A DNA stretch of 64,000 nt from an uncultured Bacillota bacterium (GCA_949283975.1 CASDUK010000002.1:161-64160); one strand, 5' to 3'; counted from the stretch's first letter, positions 1-8,140 are shown. Numbers and translations: made by a program. Notes: generated from the sequence alone by a model not told the origin.

Positions 1-25
1 AAAAAAAAGAGGCCGAAGCCTCTTT
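1..25 (-). terminator. Intrinsic terminator downstream of LRR gene 1
   Basis: Minus strand AAAGAGGC-TTCG-GCCTCTTT followed by further Ts up to the window edge. Confidence 0.8.
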
Positions 26-91
26 CTTCTCCTAATTTTAAAGCAAAATGCAAATTATTCCGCCCTTTCCCCTTAAAATGTTCCGTTTTAT

Positions 92-1909
92 TTACGCCGG
101 CTTTGTTGTTGAATATGTCCCCGCCCCGCTGAAACTTGTAACCGGGGTTGGGTCGTTGTTCTTATACCATGTTACATAACCTGGAAGCGCAATATTTTCA
201 TCAAGCTTTGACCCCTCTTCAACAACAATTTCGGTTAGGTTTGTTAAATTGTGGTCTGTAAACAAATTGGTTGGAAGGCTTTCAACCCCCGCCCCCAGTG
301 TTAACGAAGTTAACTTGTCGCATACAAAGAAAGTACTTGAACCCAAACTTGTAATATTTCCGTTGATTGTAATTTCGGTTAAACCGCTGCATACGTCGAA
401 AACACTATTGCTAATTGTAGTTAACGAGCTTGGGAGAGACACCGAAGTTAAATTGGTACACTGTCGAAAAGCATGCTCCCCAATTTCTGTTACTCCTTCT
501 GGAATTGTTATTGAGGTTAAGCCTTTGCACTCAGCGAAAGCAAACTCGCCAATTTCTGTCACTCCTTCTGGAATTGAAACTGAAGTTAAAGTTTTGCATG
601 AATAAAAACTATAGTCGCCAAGCCTGGTCACTCCCTTTGGAATTTGATAAAAAGATGCTGTGTTTCCTATTGCATACGCATAAAGGGTTTTCCCACCGTC
701 AAGAAGAAGCGCGCGGCCGCTGTTATCAATAGTGTAATTATCGTTTCCTGCTCCTTTAAATGATTTTAAATTAATGCAATAGTAAAAAGGCATCATACCA
801 AATGAAGTTAATGTGCTGGGCAATGTTACCGAAGTTAAATATATGCAAGACATAAAAGCACTATCAGCAAGTGAAGTCACTCCCTCTGGGATTGTTATGG
901 AAGTAAGACGAGTGTAAGCAAAGGCCCCCTGAGCAATTTCGGTTACGCCTTCTGGAATTTTAATTGAGGTTAAACCGCTGCAATAAAAGAAGGCCACGCT
1001 ACCAATTTCGGTTACCCCGTCTGGAATCGTTATTGAGGTTAAACTATAGCACATATAGAAAGCAGCCTCGCCAATTGAGGTCAATGTTTTTGGAAGAGAT
1101 ACCGAGGTTAAATTGCTGCAATTTTGGAATGTATTATTGCCAATTTCACTTATCCCTTCTGGAATTGAAACTGAGGTTAAGTCTTCGCAGTATCCGAACG
1201 CATAATTGCCAATTAAGGTTAATGTGCTTGGAAGAGACACTGAGGTTAAACTGCTGCAACTTTGGAAAGCATAATCGCCAATTGAGGTCACTCCTTCTGG
1301 AATTGTAATTGAGGTTAACTTGCTGCAACTAGCGAAAGCAGAACTGCCAATTGAGAAAACTTTGTAAGATTTGTTTTCGTTTTGAACTTCAGGAAGAATT
1401 TCAGCGCTTGAAAGCTCTATTGAAGTTGTGTCCGTTACTTCTGCAAGTTCTGCATCTTCATAGATTGTGTATTTTAACTCCCCAACTGTTTGCTCTGTTG
1501 TTGTTTCGTTAAAGAGAGCAAAGTAAGTTGTTGGGCTGTCTGAAGAAAGCTTAAAGGAATATGTTGGAGAGGTTGAAACAATTTTCATTTCGTTTGGGTC
1601 TGTTGATGTTGCCCAGGCGAGGAAACTGTTAGAGCCGGACGGCGTTGCGGTTAGGGTTACCGTTTCGCCAATTGTATATTCGCCAGAACCAGTTTCTGGG
1701 CCTAAGCCGGTTGATGAACCAGAGCCGGTTGTTGAGCCCAAAGTTGAAATATTTGGCGAAACCGAAATTGTTGCCTTTGCAACTTCATAACTTAAAGTTC
1801 CCTTTAAATTTAATTTTTCGCTTGGGGCGGCAAAGGCAAAGCCAACGCAAACCGCGGCAAGAAGAGCAAAGCAAATTGCAAGGATTGAAATTTTAATTTT
1901 AAGGCTCAT
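92..1909 (-). CDS. Secreted BspA-type (TpLRR/LRR_5) leucine-rich repeat surface protein, copy 1
   Basis: 605 aa. N-terminal signal peptide, InlB-B-repeat-like domain (GeYtiGETVTLTATP...FlaW), about 14 repeats of LTSITIPEGVTxIGxxAFxxCxx. No C-terminal anchor. Confidence 0.92.
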   Translation of the reverse strand: MSLKIKISILAICFALLAAVCVGFAFAAPSEKLNLKGTLSYEVAKATISVSPNISTLGSTTGSGSSTGLGPETGSGEYTIGETVTLTATPSGSNSFLAWATSTDPNEMKIVSTSPTYSFKLSSDSPTTYFALFNETTTEQTVGELKYTIYEDAELAEVTDTTSIELSSAEILPEVQNENKSYKVFSIGSSAFASCSKLTSITIPEGVTSIGDYAFQSCSSLTSVSLPSTLTLIGNYAFGYCEDLTSVSIPEGISEIGNNTFQNCSNLTSVSLPKTLTSIGEAAFYMCYSLTSITIPDGVTEIGSVAFFYCSGLTSIKIPEGVTEIAQGAFAYTRLTSITIPEGVTSLADSAFMSCIYLTSVTLPSTLTSFGMMPFYYCINLKSFKGAGNDNYTIDNSGRALLLDGGKTLYAYAIGNTASFYQIPKGVTRLGDYSFYSCKTLTSVSIPEGVTEIGEFAFAECKGLTSITIPEGVTEIGEHAFRQCTNLTSVSLPSSLTTISNSVFDVCSGLTEITINGNITSLGSSTFFVCDKLTSLTLGAGVESLPTNLFTDHNLTNLTEIVVEEGSKLDENIALPGYVTWYKNNDPTPVTSFSGAGTYSTTKPA

Positions 1910-1939
1910 GATTTTTTCTCCATTTCTCTTATATTTTGT

Positions 1940-1948
1940 ATTTTACCA
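1940..1948 (-). promoter_or_regulatory. Possible proximal extended -10 promoter element (TGGTAAAAT)
   Basis: TGnTAAAAT about 30 bp upstream of the ATG, conserved in copy 2; no clear -35. Confidence 0.4.
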
Positions 1949-2180
1949 CTAATTATTTAAAACATATTGACGGTTGCCCGTAAACAAGCGTTTTTTTGGC
2001 AGTTTTTTTGGCTAGGCAAAGCCTGTTTTGCCCGTTTTTTTAGGTTTTCTTCCGCTTTAGCCAAAGCAAATTGCTTTCCGCTTTGGTTCAAAAACCTTAA
2101 AACCAAACTAAGAGGTTGACCTCGCTTGCGACCGCCAATGGACGTTTCCACCAAAAAACTTTTCGTGGCTTTACATACCT

Positions 2181-2212
2181 ATTGTACTGCCCCCCCCCCC
2201 CCTCATTGTCAA
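2181..2212 (-). promoter_or_regulatory. Sigma70-type promoter with G13 tract in the spacer (candidate phase-variable promoter)
   Basis: Minus strand TTGACA-ATGA-G13-CAG-TACAAT; spacer 20 bp; poly-C at 2190-2202 on +. Confidence 0.7.
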
Positions 2213-2303
2213 GTGTTTTGAGGGGTGTTTTGAAAATTTTTTTAAAATTTAGCCCTTTTTTTCTTTCTCCCCCGCTTTTTTCGGGGTTGGGGGCAGAAGG
2301 AAG

Positions 2304-2331
2304 AAAAAAAAGCGGCAAAAATTGCCGCTTT
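2304..2331 (-). terminator. Intrinsic terminator of the pgk-tpiA-ABC transporter unit
   Basis: AAAGCGGCAA/TTGCCGCTTT inverted repeat with an A-run at 2304-2311 (U-tract on -). Confidence 0.75.
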
Positions 2332-2362
2332 AAATTTAACACTTCATTTATAACAAGTTTAA

Positions 2363-4153
2363 TTAATCAACCATTTTAAGCGAGGTGTTCATGTCGACCT
2401 TTTTAATCTTGTGGAGCAAAAGCAAATCGATTAGCCCTATTAACGCGATAACAACCGCTATTGTCAATAGATAGACCCACCAGCTTACATCTGAAATTAA
2501 GCCAATATCCAAATAGCCAAACAAGAACCAAACAAGGAAACATCCAACTGGAATTCCAATTAAGATTCCCATAAGTGACATAATAAAAATTTCGCGGTAG
2601 ATATACCCTGCAACTTCTGCTTGGTGGTAGCCTAAAACTTTTAAAGTTGCAATTTCTCTTGTTCTCTCGCCAATATTCATGTTTGTTAAATTATATATAA
2701 CCAAAACGCAAAGGGCGCACGCAAAAAGGACAATTACAGACGAAATTAGCGAAACGGCGTCTGCAACAGCGCCAAGTTTTTCGCTTGTTGTTGTTGCGTT
2801 ATAAAGCGCAACGCCAGCAAAAACAATTGCCGTTGAGCCCCCAACAGAAACAAGGGTCATAATTAAATGTTTTTTATATCTAAAAATGTTTCTAAAGGTG
2901 GATTTATACTTAAATTTAGTTCTGTTCCAAATAAACGGAATTTTTTCTAGAAAAATTTTCTTTCCTGGCTTTGGCGCTTTTGGCCTTAAAAGGTCGGCTG
3001 GTTTTTCTTTTAAATAATTTCCAATAATAACTCCAGTAACCCCGCAAACTGCAAGAATTATTCCAAGAGAAACAACTCCTCCAATTAAAATGTTATAGTA
3101 GCTTACCATTTCAGGGAGGAAAAGAATTGTGTTAAAGCCTGGATAGATTATGTTTGGAATTAAAAATGTTCCAGTTGCAAGCCCAAAGCCGCAACCCAAA
3201 ATGCAACTTACCGCGGAAAATATTATATATTTAAAGGAGATTTTTCCGTTTCCATAGCCAAGAGTTTTATAGCAACCAATAATTTGCCTTTCCTCTTCAA
3301 TTAACCTTGTCATTGTTGTTAAAACAACTAAAACAACAACGGCAATAAAAAACAGCGGGAAAATTAAACTAATTTTTTGAACTTTATCCGTGTAACTTTC
3401 CGTAATCATATAACTTTTGTTCTGTTCAACTGTTAAAATTTCAAAAGTGTCAAACGAAAGGGTTTCTTCAAGCTGCTGCGCCGCAGCCAATACCATTTCT
3501 TTGTAATCATCTGAAAAATAATTAATTCCCTCTTCTTTTTCCAATTTTAGATAGACATCTTTTGTTGGAAAAGGAAGGAAATTATATGTTGAATCTATGT
3601 AAACAATTAGCTCCAGCGGATTTTGATTTATAACATCTGGCTCAAAATCCTTGCTGTAAATCAACGGACTTCCAACAACGCCAACGATTTTGAAGGTAAT
3701 TCCATATAATTCAACAGTGTCGCCCTCGGAAAATTTTTGCATGTAGTCTGTTTGCCTTTCAACAACAATTTCGTTTGCCGCCTTAGGAAGCCTTCCAGAA
3801 ACAAGTTCCAAGGTGTTAACATTGTTCTCGTTAAAATTCATGTAAACAATTCTTGAATTTAATTCTCCAATTTCCATATCAATTGAAGAAACAGCTTGAA
3901 AATCAGCAACTCCTTCAAAGGAAGAAATTTCTTTAATTTGGCTTTGGGAAAAGTTTCCCGTTGTTGATTTAACAATTAAGTCTGAAAAATTATATGCTTC
4001 AAGGTTATTGCTAACAGAAACCCTTGTTATTGGCGAAAGAGCGCCAAGCCCAGAAATTATTGAAACTCCAAGCATTACAATCAATGCGATTGCAAAAAAC
4101 CTTCCCAAATTATTTCTAAATGTTCTGTTAATTGTTTTTGGATAGGATTTCAT
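2363..4153 (-). CDS. ABC transporter permease, FtsX/MacB family
   Basis: Two FtsX-type TM blocks (MTRLIEEERQIIGCYKTLGY; MNIGERTREIATLKVLGY). Start placed at the ATG at 4153 (ORF track 4168). Confidence 0.88.
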   Translation of the reverse strand: MKSYPKTINRTFRNNLGRFFAIALIVMLGVSIISGLGALSPITRVSVSNNLEAYNFSDLIVKSTTGNFSQSQIKEISSFEGVADFQAVSSIDMEIGELNSRIVYMNFNENNVNTLELVSGRLPKAANEIVVERQTDYMQKFSEGDTVELYGITFKIVGVVGSPLIYSKDFEPDVINQNPLELIVYIDSTYNFLPFPTKDVYLKLEKEEGINYFSDDYKEMVLAAAQQLEETLSFDTFEILTVEQNKSYMITESYTDKVQKISLIFPLFFIAVVVLVVLTTMTRLIEEERQIIGCYKTLGYGNGKISFKYIIFSAVSCILGCGFGLATGTFLIPNIIYPGFNTILFLPEMVSYYNILIGGVVSLGIILAVCGVTGVIIGNYLKEKPADLLRPKAPKPGKKIFLEKIPFIWNRTKFKYKSTFRNIFRYKKHLIMTLVSVGGSTAIVFAGVALYNATTTSEKLGAVADAVSLISSVIVLFACALCVLVIYNLTNMNIGERTREIATLKVLGYHQAEVAGYIYREIFIMSLMGILIGIPVGCFLVWFLFGYLDIGLISDVSWWVYLLTIAVVIALIGLIDLLLLHKIKKVDMNTSLKMVD

Positions 4154-4157
4154 CGCG

Positions 4158-4865
4158 CTACCACTCAATCTCCTCTATGTCCTTTGGTTTTTCATTTCTT
4201 TCAATTTTTTCAACTTTTCCGTTTTTAATTTGAATAACTTTGTCTGCCATGTCTTTTAAAGCAGCGTTGTGGGTTACAATTATAATTGTTTTATGTTCTT
4301 CCTTACACATGTCGTGAAGCAACTTTAAAATGCTTTTTCCTGTTAAATAATCTAGCGCTCCGGTTGGCTCATCGCACAGCAAAATTTTTGGGTTTTTTGC
4401 AATTGCCCTTGCAATTGAAACTCTTTGCTGCTCGCCGCCAGAGAGTTGGGAGGGAAAATTGTTAATTCTATCTTTAAGCCCAACTTTTTCCAAAATTTCC
4501 GCCGGTTTAAAGGCATCTTTACACAACTCAACCGCAAGTTCAACATTTTCAAGCGCTGTTAAATTTGGCATCAAATTATAAAATTGAAAGACAAATCCAA
4601 CATCATTTCTTCTGTAATCTGTTAAACTTTTTTGATTTAATTCTCTAAGGTTTGTTCCGCTAACATATAGGTCGCCAGAGGTAATGCTGTCCATTCCGCC
4701 CATAAGATTTAAAAGCGTTGTTTTTCCCGCCCCGCTTGGGCCTAAAACAACGGCAAATTCACCTTCTTCAACGTCAAAAGAAATTCCATCAACGGCGTTA
4801 ATTTCACTTGTTCCAACCTTAAATGTTTTAACAACGTTATTTGCCTCAACAATTTTATTTTTCAT
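4158..4865 (-). CDS. ABC transporter ATP-binding protein, LolD/MacB family
   Basis: [31 protein letters not shown]. Confidence 0.93.
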   Translation of the reverse strand: MKNKIVEANNVVKTFKVGTSEINAVDGISFDVEEGEFAVVLGPSGAGKTTLLNLMGGMDSITSGDLYVSGTNLRELNQKSLTDYRRNDVGFVFQFYNLMPNLTALENVELAVELCKDAFKPAEILEKVGLKDRINNFPSQLSGGEQQRVSIARAIAKNPKILLCDEPTGALDYLTGKSILKLLHDMCKEEHKTIIIVTHNAALKDMADKVIQIKNGKVEKIERNEKPKDIEEIEW

Positions 4866-4889
4866 ATCTTTCTCCAAAAGTTTTAAAAA

Positions 4890-5627
4890 TTAACTAATAA
4901 TTTTAATAAACTCATTAGGGTTTAAACTTGCCCCTCCAACAAGAGCTCCGCCAATTCCACTAATTTTTAATATGCTCTTTGCCGTTTGTGAAGTTAAACT
5001 TCCGCCATACAAAATTTTTTGTTCCTGCGCCGCTTGGTTTGAATAGTGAGATGAAATTACCTTTTTAATTGTTTTAATTGCCTCTTCAATGTCTGCGTTA
5101 CTTGCAACCTTTCCAGTTCCAATTGCCCAAACAGGCTCATAGGCAATTATAATTCCCTTTAACTCGTTTTCAAAAATCCCTAAAAGCGCGCTTTCAATTT
5201 GCTCTTTTAAAACCTCTGTTGTCCTTTTAGAATTTCTTTGAACTTTTGTTTCTCCAACACATAAAATAACTTTCAAGCCATGGCGAAGGGCTGTTTTTAT
5301 TTTTTTATTTATCTTCTCGTTGGTTTCGTTAAAATGCTTCCTTCTTTCACTGTGGCCAATAATAACATATTTAACGCCAAGAGAGCAAAGCATGTCCGCT
5401 GAAATTTCGCCAGTGAAAGACCCAAAATCTTCTTCGTGCATGTTCTGAGCGCCAACTGAAATCCTCTCATCTAAAAACTTTCCCAAACAAAGCGAAGTGT
5501 ATGGAAAACACAAGCAAACATCTGAAGATAAACTTTCTGGAAGATGGTTGTTTAGTTCTTGAATATAATCCAAAACTTCGGGGTTGGTTTTATTCATTTT
5601 AAAATTTGCAATAAAAATTTTTTTCAT
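4890..5627 (-). CDS. tpiA: Triose-phosphate isomerase
   Basis: ANFKMN, GHSERR, AYEPVWAIGTG, LYGGS, LVGGASL; follows pgk. Confidence 0.96.
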   Translation of the reverse strand: MKKIFIANFKMNKTNPEVLDYIQELNNHLPESLSSDVCLCFPYTSLCLGKFLDERISVGAQNMHEEDFGSFTGEISADMLCSLGVKYVIIGHSERRKHFNETNEKINKKIKTALRHGLKVILCVGETKVQRNSKRTTEVLKEQIESALLGIFENELKGIIIAYEPVWAIGTGKVASNADIEEAIKTIKKVISSHYSNQAAQEQKILYGGSLTSQTAKSILKISGIGGALVGGASLNPNEFIKIIS

Positions 5628-5628
5628 A

Positions 5629-6822
5629 TTAATTTTCCTTAACATCTGTTAAAGCTTCAAGCCCGGGAAGCTCCGCCCCTTCCAAAAGAGCAAGCGTTGC
5701 GCCACCGCCCGTTGAAAGATGGGTAAATTTATTTTCTAAATTAAGAATTTTAACTGAGGCAACACTGTCCCCGCCACCAACGATTGAAAAGCCACCAGTT
5801 TTGGCAATTGCTTTTGCAATTGACTCTGTTCCATTTGAGAAGTTTGAAAACTCATAAACCCCCATTGGCCCGTTCCAAATAAAAGTTCTTCCTTCTTTTA
5901 TTATGCTTTTAAATAACTTAATTGTTTTTGGCCCTATGTCAAGCGCCATTAAATCGCTTGGGATATTGTCAACATCATAGAATTTTGCGCTTGCATTTGG
6001 GCTGTATGTTTCCGCCGCTGCAACATCAATTGGAAGAACAAGGTTTTTCCCCTCGGCCTCTGCCTTATCTAAAATTTCCTTTGCAACGCCAAGGCTTTCA
6101 TCGTCAACAATTGATTTTCCAACATCAAAGCCCTTTGCTTTTAAGAAGGTGTATGCCATTGCCCCGCCAATTAGAACATAATCTGCCTTTTCCATAAGGT
6201 TTTTAACAACGCCAATTTTATCCGAAACTTTTGCTCCGCCAAGAACAACAACAAGCGGCCTTTTTGGCTTTTCCATTGCTTCTGTTATCGTGTTAATTTC
6301 CTTTCCCATCAAAAAGCCCATTCCATTTTTTGGAAGAAGTTTTGCAACGCGGTAAATTGACGCATGCTTTCTGTGGATAGTTCCAAAGGCATCATTTATG
6401 TAAATATCGGCCATGCTTGCAAGTTTTTTTGCAAAATATAGGTCATTAATTTCTTCTTCTTTGTGAAAACGCAAATTTTCCAAAAGTAAAATTTCGCCAT
6501 CTTTTAAATTTTTTGCTTTTTCCATTGCGTCTGGGCCAACAACATCAACGGCAAAATAAATTCTATTAATTAAATACTTAACAAGTTGTTGAGCAACGGG
6601 AAACATTGAATATCTTTTATTAAATTCCCCTTTTGGCCTGCCAAGATGAGAACAAATTATTAACTTTGCCCCCTGCTTTAAAATATATCTAATGGTTGGA
6701 AGCTCATTGTAAATTCTTGTATCATCAATTATGTTTCCTTTTTCGTCAAGAGGAACGTTTAAGTCCGCCCTCAGCAAAACCCTTTTTCCTTTTAAATCAA
6801 GGTCTGTTAACATTCTTTTCAT
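5629..6822 (-). CDS. pgk: Phosphoglycerate kinase
   Basis: RADLNVP, SHLGRPKG, LLENLRF, WNGPMG, GGGDS, STGGGA. Confidence 0.97.
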   Translation of the reverse strand: MKRMLTDLDLKGKRVLLRADLNVPLDEKGNIIDDTRIYNELPTIRYILKQGAKLIICSHLGRPKGEFNKRYSMFPVAQQLVKYLINRIYFAVDVVGPDAMEKAKNLKDGEILLLENLRFHKEEEINDLYFAKKLASMADIYINDAFGTIHRKHASIYRVAKLLPKNGMGFLMGKEINTITEAMEKPKRPLVVVLGGAKVSDKIGVVKNLMEKADYVLIGGAMAYTFLKAKGFDVGKSIVDDESLGVAKEILDKAEAEGKNLVLPIDVAAAETYSPNASAKFYDVDNIPSDLMALDIGPKTIKLFKSIIKEGRTFIWNGPMGVYEFSNFSNGTESIAKAIAKTGGFSIVGGGDSVASVKILNLENKFTHLSTGGGATLALLEGAELPGLEALTDVKEN

Positions 6823-6952
6823 ACTCTTTCTCCCTTTGTTACAAATAGTTTAACACCTTAAAAAAAATTTAACAAATAATTTTATTAAAAATTATTGCGG
6901 AAGTTAAATTTTTGTTGTATACTTTTTTTAACTTTTATTTAGGAGAATGAGA

Positions 6953-8140
6953 ATGGATCTATTTAAAAAGTGCTATGATTACACGCGAATTGATGATTTA
7001 AAACAAGTTGGTTTATATCCATATTTCCACTATTTAACAACAGGCCAAGACACTGTTGTTCAAATGGAAGGAAAAAGAACAATCATGATTGGTTCAAACA
7101 ACTATCTTGGGTTAACTTCAAACCAAGAAGTAATTGATGCCGGCGTTGAGGCAATTAAAAAATATGGAAGCGGGTGTTCTGGCTCAAGGTTTTTGAACGG
7201 AACGCTTGACATGCACATTCAACTTGAAAAAGAACTTGCAGAATTTTTACATAAAGAAGATTGCGTAACTTTTTCAACAGGGTTTCAATCTAATCTTGGA
7301 ATTATTAGCGCTGTTGCAGGAAGAAATGATGTTATAGTTAGCGACAAGGAAAACCACGCAAGTATTTACGATGCTTGCCGCCTTTCTTTTGCAAAGCTTT
7401 TAAGATATGAACACAACAACATGGAAGATTTGGAAAGGCAACTTTCTTCAATTGACAAAGACAAGGGAATTTTAATTGTAACCGACGGCGTTTTTTCAAT
7501 GAGCGGCGAAATTTGCAACCTTCCAGAAATTGTTAGGCTTGCAAAGAAATATGGCGCAAGAGTTATGGTTGACGACGCCCATGGCCTTGGCGTAATTGGC
7601 GAAGGCGGAAGGGGAACGGCGTCCCACTTTGGCCTTGAAGATGAAGTTGATTTAATTATGGGAACTTTTAGCAAATCTCTTGCAAGTTTGGGAGGTTATG
7701 TTGTTTGCAGCGCAAAAGTTGCAAATTATATTCGACACAATTCGCGTCCGTTCATATTTAGCGCAAGCATAACCCCGGCAAGTGTTGCATGCGCAAGAAA
7801 GTCGCTTGAAATTTTAAAGCGTGAGCCAGAGCGCGTTGAAAACTTAAACAAACTGGGCGATTATTTCCGCGAAGGTTTAACAAAACGCAACATTAAATTT
7901 ATTCCAGGTAAAGCTCCAATTGTTGCAATTTGGACATACACAGACGAAAACTCCTTCCTTGCTTGCAAAATGCTTTTGGAAAGAGGCGTTTATGTAAACC
8001 CGGTTATCTCCCCCGCTGTTCCAGTTGGGCAAAGCATTTTAAGAACTTCTTTCACAGCAACCCACACAAAAGAACAGCTTGACGAAGCAATGGACAAAAT
8101 TAAGGAAGTTTTGGATATAATTTTAAAAGAAAATAATTAG
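6953..8140 (+). CDS. PLP-dependent alpha-oxoamine synthase, most similar in motifs to serine palmitoyltransferase
   Basis: YPYF, GSNNYLGL, GSRFLNGT, HASI, DDAHG, GTFSKS (PLP lysine), IFSAS; AGGAG RBS at 6941-6945. Confidence 0.85.
   Translation: MDLFKKCYDYTRIDDLKQVGLYPYFHYLTTGQDTVVQMEGKRTIMIGSNNYLGLTSNQEVIDAGVEAIKKYGSGCSGSRFLNGTLDMHIQLEKELAEFLHKEDCVTFSTGFQSNLGIISAVAGRNDVIVSDKENHASIYDACRLSFAKLLRYEHNNMEDLERQLSSIDKDKGILIVTDGVFSMSGEICNLPEIVRLAKKYGARVMVDDAHGLGVIGEGGRGTASHFGLEDEVDLIMGTFSKSLASLGGYVVCSAKVANYIRHNSRPFIFSASITPASVACARKSLEILKREPERVENLNKLGDYFREGLTKRNIKFIPGKAPIVAIWTYTDENSFLACKMLLERGVYVNPVISPAVPVGQSILRTSFTATHTKEQLDEAMDKIKEVLDIILKENN

Larger units (their letters stand above)
62..2303 (-). 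repeat. LRR cassette copy 1 (dispersed repeat with 53906-56593; conserved ends, variable middle)
   Basis: 62-173 matches 53906-54017 with one mismatch. 1785-1909 matches 56001-56125 with three synonymous changes. Upstream homology continues to ...gggcagaaggaag at 2303/56593. Confidence 0.9.

Noticed and set aside
1847-1864. Lipoprotein lipobox in the LRR signal peptide (LAAVC)
   Set aside because: Val at -1 does not fit [LVI][ASTVI][GAS]C, and the hydrophobic stretch continues to an AxA site.
249-1896. Antisense and alternate-frame ORFs over the LRR genes (also 54268-55758)
   Set aside because: Shadows of the repetitive codon pattern; no independent signals.
92-1909. Diversity-generating retroelement (TR/VR) explanation for the similar LRR segments
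   Set aside because: No reverse transcriptase in the window, both copies are full genes, and differences between matched modules include C/T changes rather than being adenine-specific.
1960-2160. c-di-GMP-I or T-box riboswitch in the leader
   Set aside because: GGCAAA and GAAA fragments are present but not in the GEMM order, and no T-box motif or terminator fits; left as an unknown leader.
1957-2379. Short ORFs in the LRR leader (1957-2154, 2097-2342, 2116-2379; also 56465-56668)
   Set aside because: Reading frames are broken by indels between the two cassette copies, there is no convincing RBS, and they overlap promoter and terminator elements.
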